A stretch of DNA of 35,993 nt, taken from positions 1-35,993 of the forward strand of contig CAYRJG010000002.1 of assembly GCA_964424525.1 (NCBI GenBank). Reading direction: 5' to 3'. Positions within the stretch are counted from its first letter, which is position 1. Each line of letters starts with the position of its first letter. The notes beneath the pieces were generated by a model that saw only the letters and a program-made list of their open reading frames with translations, did no database searches and had not been told where the DNA came from. Shown in pieces: positions 18,874 to 27,530 of the stretch. The translations under genes and the position numbers were made by a program. The DNA is from an uncultured Ruminococcus sp. Lineage in GTDB: Bacteria > Bacillota > Clostridia > Oscillospirales > CAG-272.

Positions 18874-19746
18874 ATGGTAGAGGACAGAACAACTATCTAT
18901 GAAAGCTTGCCTGTGCATATAACTAAGGAAATCAAAAGAATTGCGGCATCAAGACTCGGAGGAATCTCATCAATAGGCGAAATAAGACTCTGCGCAGGTC
19001 CGGCTTCGTCCATACTGTCGCACGGAGAAAGAATCTTTCTTGGCTTGCAAGTCACCACCGAAGAGATAGAGGCGGTTGTAAACAAGCTTTGCGAGGGAGC
19101 GCTTTACGCGCATCGAGAAACTCTTGCTGATGGATACATAAGCATTCGCGGTGGCGTGCGTGTAGGCGTTTGCGGTATGGCGAGATATGATTCGGAAAGA
19201 TTAATCGGTGTTACCGATGTCAGTTCCTTAATTTTTCGTATTCCATCGGGGGAATGCTCGGTGTCGGATGAGCTTTTTGATGCCTGGCGGAAAACCAAGA
19301 AAGGGATGCTGATTTATGCAAAGCCGGGAGGTGGAAAGACTACCGCGTTGCGCTCTCTCGTTTCGAGAATAGCACAAGGGCGCGAAGGCGAGCGCGTTGC
19401 GGTTGTGGACGAGCGATGTGAGTTTTCCGAAGAGGAATGTAGGCGGCTCGGAGTTCATCTTTTGCGAGGCTACAAACGCGGTTTGGGAATGGAGATAGCA
19501 CTTCGGACGGTAGCACCCGATGTAATTGCAGTAGATGAAATAGGCTCTAAAATGGAATCCGAAGGTATGCTCCAGTCGCTTTCATCGGGAGTGAAAATAC
19601 TCGCAACTGCCCATGCATCAAGTCGTGAAGGTCTTCTCTCAAGAGTCACGGCTGTACCGTTTTTTGAACGTGGAATTTTTGATATTTTGGTCGGAATATT
19701 TAACACGGATGGCACTTATCGGGTAGAAGTTGAGGAAATGCTATGA
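18874..19746 (+). CDS. spoIIIAA: Stage III sporulation protein AA (ATPase)
   Basis: AAAGGAG RBS before the ATG at 18874, Walker A KPGGGKTT and Walker B VIAVDEIG. It is the first gene of an eight-gene cluster with the canonical spoIIIA order. Confidence 0.9.
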   Translation: MVEDRTTIYESLPVHITKEIKRIAASRLGGISSIGEIRLCAGPASSILSHGERIFLGLQVTTEEIEAVVNKLCEGALYAHRETLADGYISIRGGVRVGVCGMARYDSERLIGVTDVSSLIFRIPSGECSVSDELFDAWRKTKKGMLIYAKPGGGKTTALRSLVSRIAQGREGERVAVVDERCEFSEEECRRLGVHLLRGYKRGLGMEIALRTVAPDVIAVDEIGSKMESEGMLQSLSSGVKILATAHASSREGLLSRVTAVPFFERGIFDILVGIFNTDGTYRVEVEEML

Positions 19747-20228
19747 TAAAATTCATCGGAATTACGATTATTCTTTCTGCTTCGCTTCTTTTGCGTGCCG
19801 AGCTGTCGCGCGCAAGACGCCGCAGGCTCCTTATCTGCGAAGAGCTATATAGGTTCGTTTTGCACATAAGGCATAGAATATCCTGCTTTCTTGCACCGCC
19901 CTCGGAGTTGTGCGAGGGATTCGAATCCGATGTTCTTTCGGAATGTGGTTTTCTTGAAAGCATGAAGTTTGGGGAGAGCCCGGCTTCGGGGTTCGAAAAA
20001 TCTCGAATATCAAACTCACTAAACGCGCAGGAAGCTAGAGTGCTTCAAGCCTTGTTTTCGGGTATTGGATGCGGGTATATGGAGGATGAGATAAAGCATA
20101 TAGATATGAAAAGCTCGGAATTTCTGGAGTTGCTTGTTTCAGAGCGCGCGGCAACCGAGCGCGACGTAAAGCTGATTGGAACGCTTACTGTTACCTTTAC
20201 TCTTGGTGCGGTAATACTCTTGATGTAA
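19743..20228 (+). CDS. spoIIIAB: Stage III sporulation protein AB
   Basis: 161 aa with an N-terminal TM helix. Its ATG overlaps the spoIIIAA stop (ATGA), and its position in the operon fits. Confidence 0.85.
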   Translation: MIKFIGITIILSASLLLRAELSRARRRRLLICEELYRFVLHIRHRISCFLAPPSELCEGFESDVLSECGFLESMKFGESPASGFEKSRISNSLNAQEARVLQALFSGIGCGYMEDEIKHIDMKSSEFLELLVSERAATERDVKLIGTLTVTFTLGAVILLM

Positions 20229-20287
20229 GATGAAGGCTCAATTAATCTGCTTTTGGGCTTTTATTAAAATGCGATTGGAGTTTAATT

Positions 20288-20482
20288 ATGGATGTATCTT
20301 TTATTTTGAAGATCGCGGGAATTGGTATGATAGTTGCTGTAAGCTGTCAGATCCTATCAAAGATTGGAAGAGATGAACAGGCAACGCTCATTTCGATTGC
20401 CGGGATAATTCTTGTTTTACTTTTGTTGGTAGGAGAGCTTGGCGAGCTTTTTGACACGGTTAAGGATGTGTTTGGACTTTGA
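20288..20482 (+). CDS. spoIIIAC: Stage III sporulation protein AC
   Basis: 64-aa two-TM protein (ILKIAGIGMIVAV...GRDEQATLISIAG), typical of SpoIIIAC. Confidence 0.9.
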   Translation: MDVSFILKIAGIGMIVAVSCQILSKIGRDEQATLISIAGIILVLLLLVGELGELFDTVKDVFGL

Positions 20483-20859
20483 TGGGGAATGCGATAACGC
20501 TCGGTATTGTAGCCGCAGTTTCGGCATTTTTGCTTCGCGGATTCGGGTGGAAGGGTGTACCCGTGTTCATTTCTGTGACGTTCATAGGCATAATTTTGCT
20601 TGCCGCACCCTACATATCGGAGATAGGTAATTTTATAAAATCTACCGCAGGGGAATACGGGGTGCTCGATGCTGCGAGTGCCATTTTGAAGGTAGTAGGT
20701 CTTGGATACCTTACAGGTATATCCGCGGACGTATGCCGAGAGCTTGAGTCCGGGATGCTGGCGAGTGCCGTTGTACTTCTTGGAAGAATAGAAATTATTG
20801 CCGTGGTCCTGCCTTTTTTTGAAGAAATCCTGAGGCTTGGAGGTGAGCTGATAGGATGA
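20482..20859 (+). CDS. spoIIIAD: Stage III sporulation protein AD
   Basis: About 125-aa polytopic membrane protein. Its ATG at 20482 overlaps the spoIIIAC stop (TGATG). An alternative in-frame TTG lies at 20479. Confidence 0.85.
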   Translation: MGNAITLGIVAAVSAFLLRGFGWKGVPVFISVTFIGIILLAAPYISEIGNFIKSTAGEYGVLDAASAILKVVGLGYLTGISADVCRELESGMLASAVVLLGRIEIIAVVLPFFEEILRLGGELIG

Positions 20860-21956
20860 AAAGAAAAATTCTTTTTGTGTTGCTTTGCTGTGTAATATTA
20901 ATCTCTCTTTTTTCAATATCGGCATTTGCTGACGGAGAAGATGATTATGCAGATGGTCTTCTTAAGGATTTTAACGAAATTATTCCCATCGAAAGCGGTG
21001 TTACAACAGGCGAAGAACTGATGGCGGATGTAGGATTTGAAACCTTGTTTTCGGATATTATAGCCGTTGTAAGCGGAGAGTGGAGCAGTATATTGTCTTT
21101 TTTTCTGATGCTTATGGGATTTGCCGTAATAATGGCGGTAAGTGACGGAGTATACGTTTCGGACAATCCTTTGCTTCGAAAAAATGTCAGCGCGGCAGTA
21201 GCCGCGATAGCATCTGTTTCGATTTTTACCGCACTTTACGGACTTATCGGCACGGTCAGAGATAGTCTTGAATCGGTTGTTGATTTCTTTTCCTCTCTCG
21301 TTCCGATAGTAACGGCAATCAGTGCCTCATCCGGGGCTGTGGGCACGGCTTCCGTTCAAGCAGTGAATATGAATATTACCCTCGCTGTTATTCAAAAATT
21401 TTGCACGGGCGCCCTCTTGCCCCTCGTTTTTGCTCTTTTTTCGCTTGCTCTTGCATCATCGCTTGGGGAAGGGAGTACATCTTCGGTTGCAAAGGGGATA
21501 AAGAATGCTTTTATGTGGGGCATCGGTATAATTTGTACCGTTCTTGCCGCCGCCATAGCTCTTCAAACGCTTTTGGCATCCGCGAAGGATACCGCCGCAC
21601 TTCGGGCGGCAAGATATGCGGCGTCGGGAATGATTCCGATAGTCGGAACTTCAATCGCATCGGCTCTTACAACTCTTGCAAGCGGACTTGCTTTTGTTAA
21701 AAGCACGGTTGGCGTCGGTGCGATAGCGGTAATCATATCTCTTGCTTTGGTGCCGCTGGTTTCAATTTTGCTTTATCGATTGGCTTTTTCAATAACGATT
21801 ATTTTCCTCGAATTTCTCGGTTCGGAGGGGGGCGTGCGTTGTTTTTCAGCTTTTAGAACGGCTCTTGATGCGCTTTTGGCTGTGTATTCGATTTCGGTTC
21901 TTATATGTATCGTTCAATTAATTGTATTCATAAAAAGCGGGGTGAGTGGCGCGTGA
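20856..21956 (+). CDS. spoIIIAE: Stage III sporulation protein AE
   Basis: 366 aa with a signal-like N-terminus followed by multiple TM helices. It is start/stop coupled to spoIIIAD. Confidence 0.9.
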   Translation: MKRKILFVLLCCVILISLFSISAFADGEDDYADGLLKDFNEIIPIESGVTTGEELMADVGFETLFSDIIAVVSGEWSSILSFFLMLMGFAVIMAVSDGVYVSDNPLLRKNVSAAVAAIASVSIFTALYGLIGTVRDSLESVVDFFSSLVPIVTAISASSGAVGTASVQAVNMNITLAVIQKFCTGALLPLVFALFSLALASSLGEGSTSSVAKGIKNAFMWGIGIICTVLAAAIALQTLLASAKDTAALRAARYAASGMIPIVGTSIASALTTLASGLAFVKSTVGVGAIAVIISLALVPLVSILLYRLAFSITIIFLEFLGSEGGVRCFSAFRTALDALLAVYSISVLICIVQLIVFIKSGVSGA

Positions 21957-22414
21957 GTGAATACATAATGAGTGTGGTTGCCGTCAGTCTGCTTTCCGCA
22001 CTTGCGGCATTTTTCTCTTACGGCGGCGCATCGGAGCGCGCGGTTCGTGCGGCAATAGCTATGATAATGATATATACGGTTTGCGTTCCCGCTGTAAGAC
22101 TTGTATCCGATTTTTCACCCGAGGATTTATCTGTTGAGGTTTCTGTTAATAAAGAAATTGCCGAAGGTGAATATCTGAATGTCGCAAAAAAAGCCTTTTG
22201 CGAGGGAGTGCGTTCATTTGTTGCCGATAGCTTTCATATAAATAAAGATGAAATTGAGGTAAATGCTGTCGATTTCGATTTTGAAAAAATGTGTGCGAAA
22301 AAAATTAAAATTAAACTGTGCGGTCGCTCGGCTATGGCGGATACCGACAGAATTCGGGATGCCGTAATCGATGCGGGGCTTGGTGATTGTGAGGTGAATA
22401 TTAAAATTGGTTGA
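21953..22414 (+). CDS. spoIIIAF: Stage III sporulation protein AF
   Basis: Two N-terminal TM helices and a soluble C-terminal domain. The GTG at 21953 overlaps the spoIIIAE stop (GTGA). The ATG at 21968 is an alternative start, and the ATG at 21905 in the track lies inside spoIIIAE. Confidence 0.75.
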   Translation: MSEYIMSVVAVSLLSALAAFFSYGGASERAVRAAIAMIMIYTVCVPAVRLVSDFSPEDLSVEVSVNKEIAEGEYLNVAKKAFCEGVRSFVADSFHINKDEIEVNAVDFDFEKMCAKKIKIKLCGRSAMADTDRIRDAVIDAGLGDCEVNIKIG

Positions 22415-22838
22415 TTCGTTTTTATCGCGTTTTAAAGGAAAATTCAAAGAAAAAAAGAAATTTTATACTGCTATTCTTCTTATAGGATTAGGATTAATGC
22501 TTATTGCTTTTTCCGCCGCTTCTTCGTCGGATTCCGGTGATGGATCGTCGGTGACGCTGGAGCAGTATAAAGCTAATCTGGAAGATGAGCTGGGTGAACT
22601 TTGCTCGTCAGTTCGCGGTGTAGGGAAGTGCAAGGTGATGATAACCTTCGAGCGCGGAGAGGAAAATACTTATAAAGGCTCGGCTTTGATAGAAAGTAAG
22701 CCACCGCGAGTTATGGGCGTGAGCGTTATATGCCGCGGGGCGGATTCCGATGAGGTAAAGCGCGAGCTTACAACTATGATATCGGCTCTTTTCGATATCG
22801 GAAGCAACAGAATTTCGATTCTGAAATTAAATTCATAA
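22407..22838 (+). CDS. spoIIIAG: Stage III sporulation protein AG
   Basis: 143 aa with a TTG start overlapping the spoIIIAF stop and a single TM helix. It has the conserved C-terminal ring-forming region (VRGVGKCKVMITFE...VMGVSVICRGA...ISALFDIGSNRISI). Confidence 0.85.
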   Translation: MVDSFLSRFKGKFKEKKKFYTAILLIGLGLMLIAFSAASSSDSGDGSSVTLEQYKANLEDELGELCSSVRGVGKCKVMITFERGEENTYKGSALIESKPPRVMGVSVICRGADSDEVKRELTTMISALFDIGSNRISILKLNS

Positions 22839-22985
22839 AAGCGGAATATCCGCAAATCGAAAAACATATTCTTAAATATCCGTAGGGAGTGCGCCGCACT
22901 GTGACGGCTTTGCATCGGACTGTAATGCGTAGGCCGTCAAGGATGCGTTTTTCTCTATGGGGAACAAAACAAGGAGAAATACACA

Positions 22986-23540
22986 ATGAAAACAGAAAAA
23001 ATCAAACAGTTCTTTTCATCCAGAAGCGGAAAAAGCGTCGTAGTCGTTGCGGCGGTGCTTCTTATCGGGCTTGCGGTATATCTTAACTACCGTTGGTTCT
23101 ACGATCCTCTTGAATCTCTCGGATATGGAGAGAATAATATGGAGAATAATTTCTCCGACAGTGAGCAGACCGGAGCAGAAACCTCCGATGGCGAAAACAA
23201 TTACTTTACTTCGACTGCGCTTTCTCGTGAACAGTCCCGCGATGAGGCGATAGACGTTCTTAAGCTCGTTACCGAAAATGCTTCGGCAACCGAGGAGGCA
23301 AAGGCGGAGGCGGCTGCAAAGATTTCGAAGATCGCAGTGGATATGCAGAATGAGGCTAATATTGAAACTCTCGTTAAAGCGAAGGGCTTTGAAGAGTGCG
23401 TAGCAATAATAAGCGACGACGCTGTAAGCGTTATAGTTAAGGCAGAGAGCCTTCAGGCAAATCAGGCAGCGCAGATTCTTTCCATAGTATACGAAACCAC
23501 CGGAGTTGATCCGAGAAACATAAGTATAATAAATAAATAA
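22986..23540 (+). CDS. spoIIIAH: Stage III sporulation protein AH
   Basis: 184 aa with an AAGGAGA RBS, an N-terminal TM helix and a C-terminal YscJ/FliF-like region (EANIETLVKAKGFEECVAIISDDAVSVIVKAESL). Confidence 0.85.
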   Translation: MKTEKIKQFFSSRSGKSVVVVAAVLLIGLAVYLNYRWFYDPLESLGYGENNMENNFSDSEQTGAETSDGENNYFTSTALSREQSRDEAIDVLKLVTENASATEEAKAEAAAKISKIAVDMQNEANIETLVKAKGFEECVAIISDDAVSVIVKAESLQANQAAQILSIVYETTGVDPRNISIINK

Positions 23541-23709
23541 TGATAAGATATTTCGACCAAAAGGGGGAGAGCTACGGCTTTCTCTCTTTTTTGTTGTTTT
23601 TCGTTTTTGGGTATTCGTTTTTTGCGTTTTTCTTAAATTTTGGTTATTTTCAATAAAATCCGCTGATAAAATTTGTATGTTCGGTGAGCATTAAGAGTAA
23701 AGTTTGCTA

Positions 23710-23738
23710 TTGACTTTTATGAATTAAAAAGATATAAT
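23710..23738 (+). promoter_or_regulatory. Sigma-A-type promoter (TTGACT, 17 nt spacer, TATAAT) for the repeat-lipoprotein cluster
   Basis: TTGACT at 23710-23715, a 17-nt spacer and TATAAT at 23733-23738, about 50 nt upstream of the ATG at 23787. Confidence 0.5.
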
Positions 23739-23786
23739 TATATTAGTTAAATATATCTAATACAAAAGAAAGGCAAGAATGGTATT

Positions 23787-25697
23787 ATGATGAAAAAGAT
23801 AGTTTGCTTGATTCTGGCTCTTGTCTGCGCTTTTGCACTCTTCGCTTGTGACGAGTGCACCGAGCACATTGACATAGCAGATGAGAACGGAGTGTGCGAC
23901 ATCTGTGGCACTAAGTACACGGATTGTGTGCACGCTGATGAGGACAAGGATGCGAGATGCGACAAGTGCAACGCAAAAGTTAACTGCGCAGAGTGCGTAG
24001 ATGCCGATGAGAACGGTGCTTGTGACGTATGCGCTAAAGAGGTTCCTTGCACGACTTGTAAGGACGCTGACAGGAACGGACTTTGCGACGTTTGCGGAGA
24101 AGCTGTTGCTTGCGAAACCTGCGTGGATAACGACAAGAACGCAAGATGCGATGCTTGCGGCAAAGCAGTTGCTTGCGAAACCTGCTCTGATGGGGACAAT
24201 AACAATTACTGCGATGTATGCGGTAAGTTCGTTCCTTGCGAGACCTGCGTAGATAATGACAAGAACGCTAAATGCGATGCTTGCGGTAAGCCCGTTGCTT
24301 GTGAGAGTTGCGTTGATGCAGATAAGAATACTTTCTGCGATGTATGCGGTAAGCCTGTTGCTTGCGAAGCTTGCGAGGATAACGATAAGAACTCCTACTG
24401 CGACGTATGCGGTAAGGAAGTTAAGTGCGATAAGCATGTTGACACCGATAAGAACGCATATTGCGATGCTTGCGGAACTGCAATCCCCTGCACAACCTGC
24501 AAGGATGCAGACAAGAATGCATTCTGTGACGTTTGCGGTAAGCCTGTTGAGTGCAACCCCTGTGTTGACGCTGACAGAACCGGTTACTGCGATGTATGCG
24601 GTAAGGAAGTTCCTTGTAACCCCTGCGTAGATGCGGATAAGAATTCCGTATGTGACGTATGTGGGAAAGACGTTAAAAACAAGGCGTGTGATGTTTGCGT
24701 AGATGCAGATAAGAACTTCCGTTGTGAGGTTTGCGGCAACATAATCGTTTGTGGAACTTGCGCAGATGAAGATAAGAACGGCAAGTGCGATACTTGCGGT
24801 GCTGACATTCCCTGTGATGCTTGTGTTGATGCAGATAAGAATACATACTGTGACGTATGCGGCAAGGGTCTTGCTTGCGAGGTTTGCGTAGATGCAGATA
24901 AGAATTCCTACTGTGACGTTTGCGGTAAGCCTGTTGCTTGCGAAGCTTGCGTAGATGCGGATAAGAATGCATACTGTGACGTTTGCGGTGAATTTATTGC
25001 TTGCGATCCCTGCATAAACCTCAACGGAGATTTCCTCTGTGATGTATGCGGTAGACCGCTTGAGTATAAGTGCTTGAAGCATAAGGATGAAAACGGAAAC
25101 GGTATATGTGAGATATGCGGTGAGCCGGTTAAGGACGTTATTGATGGCGAGGATGCAGAATTCTTTAATATGATAGCTTCCTCCACTCCGAACAAGATAA
25201 TCACTCAGTCCACTATTAACTATGCCGTTCTCGGTGAGATTTATAACGGTCGTTACGTTACCGTTCTTACAGATGGCGGATTTGAGTATGAGTATTACTA
25301 CGAGAAAGCAAGTGAACTTGATTTTGACGGTATGGCAGATTCTTACAAGCAGATCGTAGAGGGCGTAGTTTATTATGCCGGTGGTCGTTATTCTACTGAC
25401 GGCGAAACTTGGTTTGACGTAGCTCCTAATGTTCAGTATCTTTCTATGACATTTAATTTCAATGCCGATACCATTGGCGAGTATAAACTTGTCAGCGGAA
25501 ATAAAAACCTTCAAGCAACTATCGATAGAGAAGCGGTTAAGGCTATCTTCGGTCTTGATATAGATGCAGATACCTTTACTCTTGAGGTTAAGACCAACGG
25601 AAAGTATCTCAGTAACGTAGTGCTTGCGTACACTACTTCTAGCGGAGCAAGTGTAGAGATCAGTACCTCTTACACCTACGAGCCCGTAGCAGGTTGA
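23787..25697 (+). CDS. Uncharacterised lipoprotein with about 20 tandem 21-aa Cys/Asp-rich repeats and a C-terminal globular domain (paralog 1 of 3)
   Basis: 636 aa with a signal peptide and lipobox-like ALFAC at residues 17-21. The unit C-x2-C-V-D-A-D-K-N-x-x-C-D-V-C-G-K-x-V-x repeats every 21 aa up to about residue 448, followed by a non-repetitive tail of about 188 aa. Confidence 0.75.
   Translation: MMKKIVCLILALVCAFALFACDECTEHIDIADENGVCDICGTKYTDCVHADEDKDARCDKCNAKVNCAECVDADENGACDVCAKEVPCTTCKDADRNGLCDVCGEAVACETCVDNDKNARCDACGKAVACETCSDGDNNNYCDVCGKFVPCETCVDNDKNAKCDACGKPVACESCVDADKNTFCDVCGKPVACEACEDNDKNSYCDVCGKEVKCDKHVDTDKNAYCDACGTAIPCTTCKDADKNAFCDVCGKPVECNPCVDADRTGYCDVCGKEVPCNPCVDADKNSVCDVCGKDVKNKACDVCVDADKNFRCEVCGNIIVCGTCADEDKNGKCDTCGADIPCDACVDADKNTYCDVCGKGLACEVCVDADKNSYCDVCGKPVACEACVDADKNAYCDVCGEFIACDPCINLNGDFLCDVCGRPLEYKCLKHKDENGNGICEICGEPVKDVIDGEDAEFFNMIASSTPNKIITQSTINYAVLGEIYNGRYVTVLTDGGFEYEYYYEKASELDFDGMADSYKQIVEGVVYYAGGRYSTDGETWFDVAPNVQYLSMTFNFNADTIGEYKLVSGNKNLQATIDREAVKAIFGLDIDADTFTLEVKTNGKYLSNVVLAYTTSSGASVEISTSYTYEPVAG
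23856..25130 (+). repeat. In-frame 63-nt (21-codon) imperfect tandem repeat array, about 20 units
   Basis: Counted by hand from the translation. An exact 31-nt duplicate, TGCGGTAAGCCTGTTGCTTGCGAAGCTTGCG, occurs at 24345-24375 and 24921-24951. Confidence 0.85.
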
Positions 25698-25743
25698 TTC
25701 GGGATTTCGTAAAACAAGCCAAGGTTTGAAAGGAAAAAACGTA

Positions 25744-27507
25744 ATGAAGAAGATTTTAATGATGATTCTCGCGCTTGCGCTTGCTTGCTCGGCGATGTTC
25801 GTCTTTGCTTCCTGCGATGATGAACCGGTTGCGTGTACTCACGCAGATGCCGACAAGGATCATAAGTGCGACAGTTGTGGAGAAGATTTTACAGAAACCT
25901 GCATAGAGCATGTCGATGAAAATGCAGACGGAAAATGTGATTACTGCGAAGCTGACGTTGAAGTTGAAGCGGAGTGTGAGCATGTTGACAATAACAAGGA
26001 TGCCAAGTGCGATAAGTGCGGTGAGGCGGTTGCATGCGAAACCTGTGTTGATGAAAATCCGCTTGATGCAAAGTGTGACGTTTGCGGCAAAACTGTTAAT
26101 TGTGAAGCACACAGGGATATTGCTCCTATGGATGCAAAATGTGATGTTTGCGGCAAGGCAATAGCTTGCAAGACTCACGCAGATGAAAACAAGGATGCAA
26201 AATGTGACATCTGCGGCAAGACCGTTGAGTGCGATGTTCACAGTGACAGAGATAGAAATGCAGTCTGTGATGTCTGCGGCGAGGAACTCGCTTGCGAGGT
26301 TTGCGTAGATGCAGATAAGGATCAGAAATGTGATGTTTGCGGTGGCGAAGTTGCTTGCGAAAATCATACCGATAAGAATCTTGACGGTAAGTGCGACAAG
26401 TGCGGTGCAGATGTTGAGATTTCCGAAGATCCCAAGGATCCCTCCGATAAACAGCCCGAAGCACCCGACGACTCAGGTTGTGAGCACGTAGACGGAAATC
26501 TTGATAAGAAATGTGACGAGTGCGGAAAAAATTATATCGGTGCTTGTGTAATTCATTTTGACAGAAATAAGGATTTCGTGTGCGATTACTGTGACGAAGA
26601 GCTTGATAAAGAATGTAAAGTTCATATCGACGTTAACGGTGACTTTAAGTGCGATAACTGTGATATAAAGGTTGAATGTAATCATGCGGATGTTAATCCT
26701 GCTGACGGAAGATGCGATTTCTGTTCTGCTGAGGTTGAGTGTAAGGATTGTATAGATGCAGACGGAGATGCAAAGTGTGACGTATGCGGTGGAATCGTTG
26801 AATGCGAGGTTTGCGTGGACTCTAACGGTGACAACAAGTGCGACAAGTGTGAAGCAAGACTTGATGCAGACCGTGGAATAGAGGCTACTCTTGAAGCATA
26901 TAAGAACAGTACTCCGACTAAAGTTGTGACTAATACTACTATTGATTTCCTTGATCTTGATACAGAGAGAGAGGCAACATATACTCTTACTACAAACAGA
27001 GTTCTTATTACAGGTTCTATTGACGGCAAGATTGCAACTGTTATGACCACCGTAATTGATAAAATCAGATACGTATCTGACGGTGCAACCGATGTTGTTC
27101 AGGATTTCTATGAGTCTATTGTTTCTACCGAAGAGTTCCTTCAGGGTTCCGGTTCACGTACCGACGGAAAGCGTTGGAAGGCAGACGGACTTAACTTTGC
27201 TCCCGCTGCAAGAAGAATTACTCCCAATCTTGATGCTGAAATTCTTAAGAGAGTAAAGTATTACGAGGCTCTTTATAACAATACACTTACATTTACTGTT
27301 GCTGCTGAAGATGTTGATGAAGTTTTTGGTGATGAGAAAATCGTTACTGATAGCGATGTTCGCGTTACTATCGTTAATAACGGAGCGGCTGTAACTTCTA
27401 TAACCATTGAATACTCAAGAGAGAGCGATGACCTCTATCCTGCACAAAGAATAGTTATGACCACCGAATACTCTTACGATATTCAGAAGGTTGAGCTTCT
27501 TTATTAA
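25744..27507 (+). CDS. Uncharacterised lipoprotein with about 15 tandem Cys/His/Asp-rich repeats and a C-terminal globular domain (paralog 2 of 3)
   Basis: The ATG at 25744 gives MKKILMMILALALACSAMFVFASC (lipobox-like FASC). The track ORF starts at an upstream TTG at 25726. The repeats have the form C-x(1,2)-[H/C]-x-D-x(3)-[D/N]-x-x-C-D-x-C-G, with one acidic/Pro linker, followed by a non-repetitive tail of about 214 aa. Confidence 0.75.
   Translation: MKKILMMILALALACSAMFVFASCDDEPVACTHADADKDHKCDSCGEDFTETCIEHVDENADGKCDYCEADVEVEAECEHVDNNKDAKCDKCGEAVACETCVDENPLDAKCDVCGKTVNCEAHRDIAPMDAKCDVCGKAIACKTHADENKDAKCDICGKTVECDVHSDRDRNAVCDVCGEELACEVCVDADKDQKCDVCGGEVACENHTDKNLDGKCDKCGADVEISEDPKDPSDKQPEAPDDSGCEHVDGNLDKKCDECGKNYIGACVIHFDRNKDFVCDYCDEELDKECKVHIDVNGDFKCDNCDIKVECNHADVNPADGRCDFCSAEVECKDCIDADGDAKCDVCGGIVECEVCVDSNGDNKCDKCEARLDADRGIEATLEAYKNSTPTKVVTNTTIDFLDLDTEREATYTLTTNRVLITGSIDGKIATVMTTVIDKIRYVSDGATDVVQDFYESIVSTEEFLQGSGSRTDGKRWKADGLNFAPAARRITPNLDAEILKRVKYYEALYNNTLTFTVAAEDVDEVFGDEKIVTDSDVRVTIVNNGAAVTSITIEYSRESDDLYPAQRIVMTTEYSYDIQKVELLY
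25834..26862 (+). repeat. In-frame tandem repeat array of about 63 nt per unit, about 15 units, interrupted by one linker
   Basis: Repeat units were counted from the translation. The linker ISEDPKDPSDKQPEAPDDSG lies between units 9 and 10. Confidence 0.8.
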
Positions 27508-27530
27508 TCAAAGGATAGGAGAAAGAAAAT

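Noticed and set aside
22889-23086. A 65-aa ORF spanning the spoIIIAG-AH gap and the start of spoIIIAH.
   Set aside because: It overlaps the well-supported spoIIIAH start in another frame, has a highly basic composition and has no RBS.
23757-25514. A 585-aa minus-strand ORF and many other 60-240-aa ORFs on both strands across 23.7-28.8 kb.
   Set aside because: These are frame artefacts of the Cys/Asp codon periodicity (TGC, GAT and GAC read in other frames lack stops). Their translations are low-complexity (I/L/A/N/T/S-rich or Q/S/H-rich). They have no RBS, and they overlap the well-supported plus-strand lipoprotein genes throughout.
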